Source: Azolla caroliniana (lineage: Eukaryota; Plantae; Polypodiophyta). From it: a stretch of 64,000 bases of DNA. Location: the NCBI GenBank assembly GCA_043228905.1, contig JBHGNT010000008.1:17670001-17734000 (forward strand), written 5' to 3'. Positions 24,201-35,874 of the stretch are shown piece by piece; the first letter of the stretch is position 1; each line of letters begins with the position of its first letter. The notes below the pieces were generated by a model. The model had not been told where the DNA came from. It did not search any database and saw only the letters and a list, made by a program, of their open reading frames with translations. Position numbers and translations under genes: made by a program.

Positions 24201-27200
24201 ATGACCAAGATAAAACATAGATTCGTAGCTTTGAATTTGCTACCAGTTTCCAAAGGGTTTCACTAAAGACTGTTTAGGGCAGTGAATCAAGAAGAGCAAA
24301 AAAATGCAGCCTTTGTCTCAGAAACTGCATTTACCAAAAGTCCTTACTGGCATATTGATAGAACTAGGTGCCATTTAAGAAATTTGTGAATTCATACCCC
24401 AGTCTTTAGGTACTCTTCTGCAGCATAAACAGCATCACTTCCAATAGATATCTTGTCTGCACCAGATCTGAAGTATTCAGCCGCAACTTCAAGACTCGAG
24501 TATATCCTATGAGTCATGAAAAGTGCAAATTAAACATAAAAATAGTACTAAACATAGGAGATTTAATGTACATGCACCAAATTGAAAAATGTGGACGACA
24601 TTGATCAAACTATTGAAATTGCAGTGAAGAGACAACCATATAGTTGGGTTAGCATCCTCTGTTTATGAGTGAGCCATCCTTGTAATAGTTGGTGCTCTAT
24701 GCAGAAGAAGGCATGTTTTCAAAATATCTTAATAAGTGAAAACTGAAAGTGCTGCTCTTAGTCAAATGACTTTTCTTACACACAAAGTCTAAGGTGCCAT
24801 AATCATTCTCAATGCAAAAATAGCATTATAAAGGGAAAATATCAATATGAACCATCCTAGTAGAGATTATGCTTTTCTAAAATTATTACCTCATGTCCTC
24901 AGAAAATATACTCTGTATAGCTACATACAATCAATACAAACCTTCCATTCCTTTAATACAATTCTATAGCACTAACCGTGCTAGCATTTTAGGTGTCCCC
25001 AAACCTTTTCCCATAGCATTTCATTACAGTTATATAACCCTCTTTTCTTTGATCCAGATTCATAGTTCTTTGGTGGCACACACTATTTTCATTTAACCAT
25101 GGACTGGTATCCAAATTGCAGATCAGTCACACAAATGCTTTACTTGTCCATGCAAACTCAGATTATGCATTGTAGAATTTCCCTAGACATGCACAACTGA
25201 TTCAATGGAAGGTTTGTAGATTGGTTTTATCCTACTAGTACTAGTATTCACTTGCATGCCAGAGGAGAATTATGCATCAGAACCAACATCATCAATACTG
25301 AAGTACAGTAACCATTTTCATTCACAAGTCTGTATTACTGACTTAGACACACATGCCTGAAATTCTGCATAGCTCCATGAAAAAATAACATTATAAACGG
25401 AAAATATCAGTATTACCCCTACTGTTAGAGACTTTTGGATATCTAAAAGTACAATAATGTCCTTCACAAACATGTGCTTGAACTTGCGAATACACACCTT
25501 CCATCCTTGTCTTTAAAGTCGCGAATACCTCCTCCTACAGTTAATGGAACAAAAACTTTTTCTGATGTACGTTGAAGCACCTACAAAAGGTTGAAATAAC
25601 TAACATCAGTTGAAAGATAGACAAGATGTTAATTCATTGAACATTTTAGTGCATAGCACTCACCTCAAGCATCGGCATATCTGCTAAAGGAAAATCTCGG
25701 AAACCTGTAATATTCAAAAATGCCACCTGCCATGAGAATAACCTCCAGTAAGTTTTACATAGATATGCATGTGTGTCAGAATGTAATAAACTCTCACCAA
25801 CAAATCAAGTTGATTTTCACATGATAGTAGTAGGCATAATATATAGATTATTTTACATAAAAAAAGAGCAAGATTTTATTTATACAGATAAGAGGTGAGT
25901 GCATATTGATGTTAGCTATATGTGTATATATGTGTGCAGATAAAGTGTGATTATTTGATGATTATATATTGGCAAGTATTGTTTTTTTACTTAGACAAGC
26001 ACAACATATTTCAAGTGAAGCTGGACAAAGTGACAACGGCAGAATTTACATCTCCATTCATAAACCTTGAAGATTTATCTTGCAAGTGGTACTGAAATGA
26101 AGATTCTCTACATGCCCAAATGGTCTATCTATCATTTATGGCGGCTATTAGCCATAAAAAATTGCAAAATAACTCATTTAATCAAATAAATATATTGAAG
26201 CACATGAATATGGATGTTCTCCCACCAATTGAGTATAGCCTTGATTGTATATATACTGATGATAAGCAATAAGATAAACAAAATAAAGAAAACAATGGAT
26301 TAAGGGCACTTAACCACACTAACCACCCCAAAGCAGAGGACAAGGGAAGATAAAAAAGTTTATTAGCGTCCCATACCGCCAAAATGGCCTTATGGTATAG
26401 AAGTCAACCGATTGAAAATCAAAATACAAGATTTTTATTCAGAGATAGAGTTCCAATCACATCTACAAGATGCCATGTCAAAGGAGGTGGCAGATACTCT
26501 TTACTTAGCAGAACATTATAGACTTCAAGACCTCCATGTGTTCCCACATGTTGCAGATCTTCATGGGTTTGTCTCAAGTTCTAGGATAACTAGTTTCACA
26601 CTAATTCTACTCTAAAAATTAACCTTCAGAATAGATTCATAAGGCAATGACCATAAAAACTACCCAACTTTGGATTTAACAGACATCGTAGAGAAATAAA
26701 CAGATAAGAAGCTAAGCACAAAACAAACTTGCAGCAATCCAAAAGTGCCACCATGTCTACCCCCTTGCCCTCACAACATTAAGGTTTTATAGGCACAGTC
26801 AAGGACATCTTTAAATGTCCTTATGACACTGTTGGTCATAAATAGAAGTTTAATACAGTATGTAAGGACACATGTTTCAGAATCTTGATTTGTATGAATT
26901 TATATAGGCAAGAACACCAATTCAAGCTGTAATATGATAATACGCATAATACATCAAGAGATATTCTATAATTGTGACATTGAGAAGTTGCTTTTTGTAT
27001 GAGGAACGTGACAATATCAAGAACAATGAAAAGGTCTTGGTGACATGATCCTGGAGTACTATTGATTCCTCAATGTGGAGTTGTGGTTTGGAGTTATAGA
27101 CTCTGGACATTTAGAATTTCTAAGTACCTTGGAAATTTTAGTAATTCAGTCTGTTCTTCTCAAATTTTAGTATTGTCCTTTATAGTGAGTTTTGAACCTG

Positions 27201-30200
27201 ACCTAAAAACACACAAGATGAAGCATCCAGAGCAAATCTGAAGCCTAGCATCCATTACACAAGGAACCAGCAAGTAGTTTACGTTTAAGCTTCTTTCGCT
27301 CACTATGTAAAAGAGAATAATTTCTCTTCATGAATACACCCATTCACCCCATGGTAAGTGCAATAAAAACTAATGCATCAGGAAAGTGGAATGATCTCAA
27401 AACATGACGAATCAAAGCAATTTGGTTCTAGAACTTGAGTAAGGTCATAGATATAACACATTATTAACGCTTAAAAAATGATTGTTCAAGACGTATATTC
27501 TATGTTCAACTATTAAGGAAATAGGTGGCACCTCATCTGCACCTTCATCATAATATCGGCTAGCCAGTTCCACTGGCTTACCAAGATTCCGAACCTGCAC
27601 CATAAAGCATTAATCAAAAAACCTTCATGAGCAGCATCAAGCTGGAGAAGATTCTGTAACTACAAAACTAAGTGTCTTCAACTGAATACCAATATTCACT
27701 CATGTGAAGCAAATACCTCAACTTGCTTTAGAGCTAAGAAAGTAATCATGTTCAATAAATAAGAAAATCATCGAAGTATCCTAATAATTGTTTGTTGGTA
27801 TGTATTGGTTTACACATGGTACGTGAAAATTTCCATTCTACCTTCTAAAATGACTTGTATTTCTTTTAGGTTCTAATAGGAGATGTGAGAGAGCATATGC
27901 AAGAAGAAGGCATAGAGGTGCTGCACTAAAGAGTATGCTACAGTGTTGCAGTACATGCTATTGAACTCATTCAGAATTATTATATTGGACATGATGAGGT
28001 TTTTACTGCAGAGTAGGTGGCTTTCTGACTCTTAAAGATTAGAGTGTTTTTGAGGGTTGTATGTCCAGCTATAATAACTATTACATTGAATATGGATTAC
28101 CACAATTGTCATGAAATGTTCATGTGCTTTTTGAACTTACTGGTAATACTCACCTGTGAGAAACATTCCTGGAAGAGTGTGGAGCAAAACAAAGACGAAT
28201 GCAGGAATATTTTTCATATCCACATACAAAGACAAATAATTAAGCTTTGTGATGCACATTCTTTATGAATAATTAACTTTGATGATGAGTACACGTTATC
28301 AATGGGAAGGAAGAAAAGAAAGAAAGATAGAGGCCAAAGTGAGCTATAACACCAAACCTCAATCACATGACTACCATCATTAATTGAAGTAACCCCTCAA
28401 TCACTATTGGCGCAAAACCCATCTTCCCCAGATTATATCCTAGGCACACATGCGTTGCTACTTATAATGTGGGTGATTCCCAAATTTCTGTTACATTCAC
28501 AAAAACTTGTTACTAGTGTATAACACCACCACAAAAACTTAGTGTCAGTAGCGTAAAACACATTAATGTAAAGATCCTCCTGGTTACATTTTCCCCTGGA
28601 AAATAACTACGAATTACCAAAGAAAACAGATTAACACCATATTCTCAACCTTCATGTCATCTAAAAGCTATTGATCTCATATATTACTACTGTTTAGCAT
28701 ATGATACAAACCAGTCTCCTTATGACATATGAACAAACTTACATAGGCTACATTGAAACTTTAGAACATCCACATGCAAAGGAAAACATTAGAATTTGAG
28801 AACAGTAATGCAGTGTTGTTTAGAGTAGCTAAAGAAAGTGTACCTCCCGTTTGCCACTTTTGTCTCGCACATCATATTGATCACCTTTAGTGACAACAAG
28901 ATCTCCTTTTTCATTCGATCTCACATCAAGACATGCAATTACCTAGAAGGAATATGTCCTCATTCTCATACGTTTTCAAGCAAATGCAAAATGAATAAAT
29001 ATTCAGAATCTAAAAAGAAAATAGAAAAAATCATCAAGCATACCCTTTTCGCAAGCCTAGACATGCTTCCAAATGAATGAATCGACTCCACTTCCACCTA
29101 ATTCATACAAATCATTAAAGGGGGCATTTTCAACGAAGTCCAGGAAAATCCAGTAACAATAAGCTGAATATCATAAGAAGCAAGACGAAACATTCTCGAT
29201 TATTACATCTATCTTCAGTTAAATTCTTATTACAAGAGACATGACCATGATATCATTGTTCACCATCCTTGCATATATAGCTGTAACAAAAGGGAGTGGG
29301 AGTAATAAAAATATTTCTGAACTAGATGATATGAGAACTAAATTTATCTTCAGTTCAATTCCTCTTCCAATGCACGCGGCCTTGTCTTCACTACGGAGTA
29401 GAAACATGGGGACAGAGTCCTGACAAGGAAAATAAATAGAAAGACTCAGAGAGGCTGTTAGTCTCAATGATAGCCGATATGGAGCAGAGCATGGGTGCCC
29501 CATAATATAATCTGGGCAGGTATGGGCCAATCATCATTGAGACATTATTCCAATGAGTGCAACAGCTTTTTGGAGCTCCCTAAACGAAGGTACGAAAATT
29601 TGGGTCTATGTCAACAACTTGCTGAACATGGAGATATTCACTGCTGGTATGCTGAAACACAGCAATGGCATAAGCATAAAATGCATTACCCCCATTCCAA
29701 TATAGTGCAAAATGATAAATTGCGATGACAATTTTGGCAAAACCATTCGCAATGCTGTTAACTAGTTATTTTCAACTTTGAGGGTTGCGGTGTATCTAAG
29801 AACCTTCTTCTTAAGCCGGATAGGCATTTTATTCCACGAACATTTAAATGTTGTCCCGGTGCCTAGATGTACAGCAGAATTGTATAAAAGCTTAAAATAT
29901 TTGCTTTTCATAAGTTTGCATTGAATACATATTTTACATACCTCCTCTATAGCTGATTGATCCCCTTCCAAAAACCGCTGAAGTATACCCATTCCCACGA
30001 CTGCATGAAATCATTAAAAATGTAAAAATAGTACAATTTCTCTACAATACATGTACCAAATAACCTACCCTTTCAGTTTATGGATGTCGAAAATGCTTGT
30101 GTGCCATGCAACTATAATTGGAATAGTCACTCTTACCTGCACATTTGTTGGGTGGCAAAAACATTCACACAAGCCTCTAGAGTTTCATGGAACTTGGAAA

Positions 30201-33200
30201 GCCATCTTGTTTGTTATCATATCAACGTTTACAATATTAGGCACCATTCTTGTTTCACCTCTTTTAATCTGTCCAATTCCTATTTGTTATTCCATCTTTT
30301 CGTGGTCAAATCGTTCGCCCAACCTTTCCAGAAAATGTTATATGAGAAAGTACCTCCCCCTTTCTCCAAATGGAACTAAGCAACGACATTTTCTTTTTTT
30401 ACCACAGCAACGAACTCACAACCAGAGTTACAAGTTGCCAATACATGATCATTGGTGACTGACAAGTTCAATGTAGTAAAGAATATTACACATACATGCA
30501 GTTGTGAATCTAAGATAGGGAAACTAAAATGAACCAGGTTTATTTCAATGTGTCTTTCTAGCAATTTCACCATGAGTTCAACATGGCCCACTAAGACAAT
30601 TATGTATGAAGAAACTTCGAGCACCTCTTATCTTGAGGTTGACCATTTTGTCAATAGGCAATAATTATTAGGCTACCTTCAACACACAAAAAAGGGCTCT
30701 CTGCTTCCTAAGAAATTAAGTTGAAATAATCAGGCATTGGGGGATTTTGTTTAGACAGCTAAGTTTCCTTCAGAGCTATTTCATTTTTTTATGCAAATGC
30801 CAGAATTTTATCATGGAATACAGTCAAAACCATAATTTACCAACTGCCTTGACAAAAAGTTAGGTTTCTTCAGAAAAATAGGGTTTTCAACATCTAAGAG
30901 CATCAGAATTTTGGAATGACATGTTATCCACTTCCATTGAGGAGTATAATACAGTTTTTAGTCCACAAAAATATTCGTCGACCCATGGCTTAAACTAAAA
31001 TTGGGGGTTACTCTCCTAGCCTTAGGATCCAATCAACATGCAACGAGGCATACTCAGTCTAAGATACGAATATCTCCCTATCCCTCTAGTATGTCTCTAG
31101 CCTTAAATAAAAGTGCAATAGTCCCAGGTATTTCATCTTGAAGTCAAACTATGACCGTGAAATGGTTCATCCCTGATTGTCTTTTATGGTGCTTGTGAGA
31201 ACCAAATCATCCACATACAATTGAAGGATTGATATCACTTACCTTTTATTTGGACCTAGACTGCAACATCTCCTTAACATTTAAATCTGGACATTGTGAG
31301 GAATTCGTTAATATTGCCTTAGCAAGCTATTGGTGCCTCCTTTAGCCTATGTAGCGATTTTTGCAGCCTCTGGTCAATGTTTTTTGAACCAAGTAGCCCA
31401 AAACTAATGGTCGTTCCATATAAATACCTCCTCCTTGAGATAGCCATTTACAAATGTAGATTTAATCTCGACACAGTTCGTTGCCTCGTTCCAAGCCTTG
31501 CAATCAAGGCAAAAGATTCCTCAAATTCCACTTGTTTCATGAACACATCAATCTTGTCTTTAGTTTTTCAAAACCATTTTGAGCCATAAACTTTCATATA
31601 TGGTCGATCCACTAAGTGTCAAGTTTAAAATACCCTCCAACTCAAAACACCATATCCACTATCAACAAAAAATCTTAAATTTACTCTCCCACAAAGCTCG
31701 GCTCCTACACATCCACAAGGATCATTGCCATAAGTGCTAAGTTGACAACTGGTCTCTTTCATGTTGTGCATGATTTCCTAGAATTCCTAAACAGATGTAT
31801 ATGCTTCCTAAACAGAGTGGGGGAAGTACCTAAAATGGCTAGCATATTCCTTCTTCCACATTTAAAGTGTTATTGTCCTTGCTTGCACTCTTCACTTAGC
31901 CAACTAAACACGTCTTAGTAGAAGGAAAATGATGCTTTTCATAACGAGATCCTTCGTAATGATACCACATCGAATTTGCGCAAGAGCTAAGGTTCACAAC
32001 ATATCTTCTTATATCAATATCCTGATTTCAATAATGTTGTTTAGTTACGAGCAGCTTGATATGAGCAAGGCCACAACATGAGGCAATTACCTATATTATC
32101 GTAGCTTGACACACCATACCACATCTACAAGTTCTGTGTCAAATCTCTCCTATCAAATGGGGACTTATACATCCAACATAATGCTCTATGTGACATATCA
32201 ACATTTCACAGCCTTTACTCTTAGAAACAATTCATATCCAAATCTGGTTCCCAATTCCATAAAGAGATCAAAGGAGGCTATTAGAACTAGATCCCACCAA
32301 TATCTACACAATAAACTTTTTTAATTATATGCATACATACACACGTACATATATATAGGCATCTTTCCTACAAGACGTATGAAAAAACATTTTGATTGTC
32401 TAAATGTTTCATTAAGTTGCGTAATTAATCATAGAAAAACATGCCGAGGTATATTATATTGATGAAATATCAAGAAAATACCATATATGATGCCTCAACC
32501 CAATATCATACTCAACAAGTTCTCAGATCATACATTTGTCATATTACTTATTTTTTATCACCAAATACTTTGAAGAGGAAAGGAATTACTATATCTGGTC
32601 TATTTTTACGAAATTACTTATGACAGAACATGACCTATACATATGGCAGATTCTGAAAAATCTCCCACATTTCCTCCACTGAAGAAATTGTTTAGTCAAG
32701 GGGAGATACTTGAAAATAATATCTCTCAAGTCCACAGGTAACTCAACCCTAAACCCTACCAGAACAAAGATAATTTCTTTCTAACTTTCTTCTGTTCACT
32801 GCAAAAGGTTATGAGTTCCAATAGCATGGGTTCCCATGGCTAATATTAGCCTCATACACATTAGATACCATAATTATTAATGAGCAATCCTGTATGTCAT
32901 TAGGTATCCCCATGAGTTAGTTCCGTCATTGAGCATTCTATACACAATTCTCGCCTCCTTATCATGGATCTCTTTCTTTTTGGAAAGAAAAGATAGTACA
33001 CTATTCCCGTCATGTACACATGCCAAGTTGCACATTTGGCAAGTGCAAAGAATATTCACATTGGTTTCTATAGACTACCGAACTTAGGCATCCATTTTGC
33101 TTGCTATCATATCAACATCTACTGTATTTTAATACATAACACTGATGTCCATCATTTCGTCTCTCTGTAGATGCAAGATACTCCAATCTTCTCACAACAT

Positions 33201-34735
33201 GGTGTTTGAGCAATTACCTCCACTTTTCTCTGGATGGAACTGAACAGCATGCACGTTTCCCTTTTTTACTGCGGCAATGAACTCATCACCATGGTAGCAT
33301 GTTGCAAGTTGCCATTCTCTATTAGCTGGAGACTGAAATATATAAAATTTATAGTGAACATTACACATGCATGCAATAAGTGAATTTAATATAAGAAAAC
33401 TGTATTTAGACTGATCTTACTGGTATTGCCCGATAAGAATGAACGAAATATAGATGCTGTCCATGTACTTCATTCAACAGTTTTGAGGGTCTCTTTATAT
33501 TCAACCGGTTCCAACCAATGTGAGGAACTTTAACCATTTCAGATGACTCGAACTTCCTAACAACTCCAGATATGAGGCCAAGCCCTTCAACTGCAAAAGC
33601 TTTAATTTTCAGTATCAGAAAATATATACACATTTGGACTAGTAACCATAACAGCATAGAGGTAACATATTCTTTACCATTGCCTTTCTCTTCACTGCTT
33701 TCGAAAAGAAGTTGCAAACCAAGGCATATACCCAGAAAATGCTTATCTTGCAGAATATAATCACGCAAAGCATCTGCCAACCTACCAGGCAGACTCTTCT
33801 ACTTTACCACAAGATAAAAGCAGTTATTCCTGTCAATATATGATACATCTTCATAACGAAGCCTACCCTTGTTTTCGGATGGAGTCCATAGCAGTCCCAA
33901 ATGCTCCTACGCCAGGAAATATTAAGTGCTTCGCATTTTCTATGTCCCTGGCACATTTCACCTGGTCAAATATTCACATGTGAGTACAACAAAAAAGACT
34001 CAATAATGATGAAACTGTTCATGAGCATACAGAATCAGTACGAGAGCGAAAGATCATAGGCAATCTACATCAAACATGAGTATTTTTACATAAGTAAATA
34101 TATTGGGCAATTTACTATTTCATTAGGTCTTCAATCAGCTATCCCATGCTGAATTACTCATGAAAACGATTAAAATCTACTGAAATGCAAGTGGAAAACA
34201 TATGTAACCTCCTTTATTTGATAGCCAAGGTGATGAATAGCATTCCGAATGCTGCGAACATTTCCAGCTCCATAATCCAACAAAGATACCACTGAATATG
34301 AAGAAAAGATCACAAAGAGAAGCTCAATCAATCAAAGAAATCAACAAGAACTTACGTATATCGGGCTGAGTAGGTATTCTAAAAATAACATCAAGAACTG
34401 ATCAAATAGGACCAGGGAGAAAGATAAATAAGAAATAGAAAGACGATCAAAGAAAATCTAGACGTACCGAAGTAGTGAAGGAAGGAAGGAGGAAAAAGGA
34501 AGCATCACCTTTCGTTTCTTGTGAAGAAACGATGCTTCCATGCTGAAGATGAGAGCATCTTGGCACCAAGAACCTTCTACTACTTCTACATTCGCTGCTT
34601 CCTCTGGAATTCAGAAGCAGCGGAGCATTAAATGATTTATCAGAGATTAGTCCAAACACCTGCGAATTCAAAAGATTGTGAGTTTCAAAAGGAGAAGAAG
34701 GAGCAGGATTCAGCGTAGAGAATTAGCTGTACCAT
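12106..34735 (-). CDS. HISN4: Imidazole glycerol phosphate synthase HisHF (glutaminase + cyclase), plastid-targeted, 20 coding exons, about 596 aa
   Basis: Exons in transcript order: 34733-34735 (ATG only), 34509-34659, 34209-34291, 33867-33961, 33678-33781, 33421-33590, 33218-33332, 29942-30000, 29044-29097, 28844-28942, 27532-27594, 25664-25726, 25498-25580, 24398-24506, 18612-18665, 18446-18533, 18342-18379, 18145-18250, 17626-17792, 12106-12192. Total 1791 nt with consistent phases. Introns are GT-AG except one GC-AG. Motifs: [28 protein letters not shown] (catalytic Cys), [82 protein letters not shown]. The Ser/Arg-rich N-terminus resembles a transit peptide. Confidence 0.95.
12394..14690 (-). 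mobile_element. Degenerate Ty1/copia (IN-RT-RNaseH + short 3' LTR at about 12394-12526) in HisHF intron 19
   Basis: [11 protein letters not shown]...[17 protein letters not shown]; [19 protein letters not shown]; about 140-bp tandem duplication 13388-13665; LTR homologous to 18823-18997. Confidence 0.88.
14700..16950 (+). mobile_element. Degenerate Ty1/copia IN/RT fragment in intron 19
   Basis: [25 protein letters not shown]; FLHGDL; about 225-bp tandem duplication 15565-16007. Confidence 0.85.
16153..16887. mobile_element. Solo LTR
   Basis: TGTTGGG...CCCAACA termini with 5-bp TSD GAAAT on both sides; splits the host RT motif [14 protein letters not shown]. Confidence 0.88.
18823..19560 (+). 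mobile_element. Copia 5' LTR (about 175 bp) + PBS + gag remnant in intron 14; a partial LTR copy recurs at about 23412-23470
   Basis: PBS TGGTATCAAAGC at about 19000; LTR text shared with 12394-12526 and 23412-23470. Confidence 0.75.
19570..22186 (-). mobile_element. Ty1/copia 3' half (IN C-term, RT, RNase H, PPT, LTR) in intron 14
   Basis: ORFs 20672-22186 ([27 protein letters not shown]) and 19868-20617 ([24 protein letters not shown]); PPT AGATGGGAGG followed by TGTTGGGAAT at about 19762. Confidence 0.92.
22187..23413 (+). mobile_element. 5'-truncated non-LTR retrotransposon, L2/CR1/RTEX-like C-terminus, (TCTT)n-like tail
   Basis: [38 protein letters not shown] motif; related fragment at about 29280-29700. 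Confidence 0.7.
27870..27929 (+). pseudogene. Antisense copy of the HisHF terminal exon inside intron 10 ([19 protein letters not shown])
   Basis: ttcttttag|GTTCTAATAGGAGAT...CACTAA matches exon 20 (12106-12192, minus) in reverse complement, together with about 85 bp of the last intron and the downstream 3' region. Confidence 0.9.
29280..29700 (+). mobile_element. LINE fragment of the same family as 22187-23413, in intron 8
   Basis: YGVETWG-like motif; [19 protein letters not shown] matches [19 protein letters not shown]. Confidence 0.7.
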
Positions 34736-34789
34736 TGCAGAGCAGGCAGAAAAACATTGTCGCAATCTAACCCTAGACCTTTCTAAAGA

Positions 34790-34925
34790 ATTCTGAAACG
34801 GTTTGTTGGTTTGGCAAAACTCGAGCTGAACCGACGATTTTGTTTGAAAATTCGAGCTGAACCCACCACTTTGGTTTGGACGAGCCAAAACCGGCTAAAC
34901 TGAAACTGAACCGTTGTCGGTTCCT
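34790..34925. repeat. AAACCG/GGTTT-rich MITE-like remnant immediately upstream of the HisHF ATG
   Basis: Repeated tcgagctgaacc and aaaccg motifs; the end aactgaaccgttgtcggtt resembles the hAT MITE TIR at 52110-52132. Confidence 0.45.
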
Positions 34926-35874
34926 AATTGGAAAGACACACTATACTAACTTTAAATATGGTTAATTAGAGCACCTTTGTGCCAATGATTTCATCTCAAG
35001 TAACACTACTAGCATAACTTATTTCCAAGATCAATTCATTCCCGTCAGGATCAGTATAATTTCCATTAGAAAAGTTGCGTCTATAACATTTCCATTTCCA
35101 AAAATGTATATATATGCATTTCGACTCAAGTGCAAGTTACGTGTTGAATCTCTACTATCGAATGGGAACTTGTACAATTAACATGATCCTCCATGTGACA
35201 TATTGAACTCTAACCCATTAACAATCAATGGTGTGATTGACCGTGAACGTTCATTAAGAAGATGGATCGTATTAGGATTACATAGCATGTGACCATTTCA
35301 ATAGATTTTCAAATTAATGATCACCCAAATCGTGTAAATGATTTTATCTTAAGTAACACTACCATCATAATCTATTGTGAAGAGTGATTCATTGTAAATG
35401 CAATAAAATTGAACATTCCATTGCAAAAGCTCCGTGAATAAATATGAGGCCACAACATGATGCAATTACCTATATTATTGTATCTTGACAAAACATACCA
35501 CATCTACAATTTCTTTGTCAAATCTCTCTTAACGAATGGGGACATTTTCATCCAACACAATGCTCTATGTGGTATACATAACAACATTTCACACACTTTA
35601 CTCTTAGAAACTATTCATCTCCAAATTTGGTATCCAATATGTAGTTTATCTAACTGAATTACATATTGCCGTGAAGAATTCTATCATAAAGCATCAAGAA
35701 AGAGAAAACCAACAAAACAATTTGATCACAAATTCCAATTCTACTTTCATAGCTAAAATATGCATAGCTTATTTAATTGTTTGAGTATCATGGAAAGACG
35801 ATGATTAACACCTAAATACTATATTGTACTCAACAAGTTCTTATCTCATACATTTATCACAACACTTGTTTCCT

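Larger units (their letters stand above)
27782..33488 (-). repeat. Long inverted repeat, arm B (carries about 2.25 kb, 29270-31521, that is absent from arm A)
   Basis: Reverse complement of 8938-12280. Arm A joins 31518 to 29269 at an AGGA microhomology. Confidence 0.95.
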
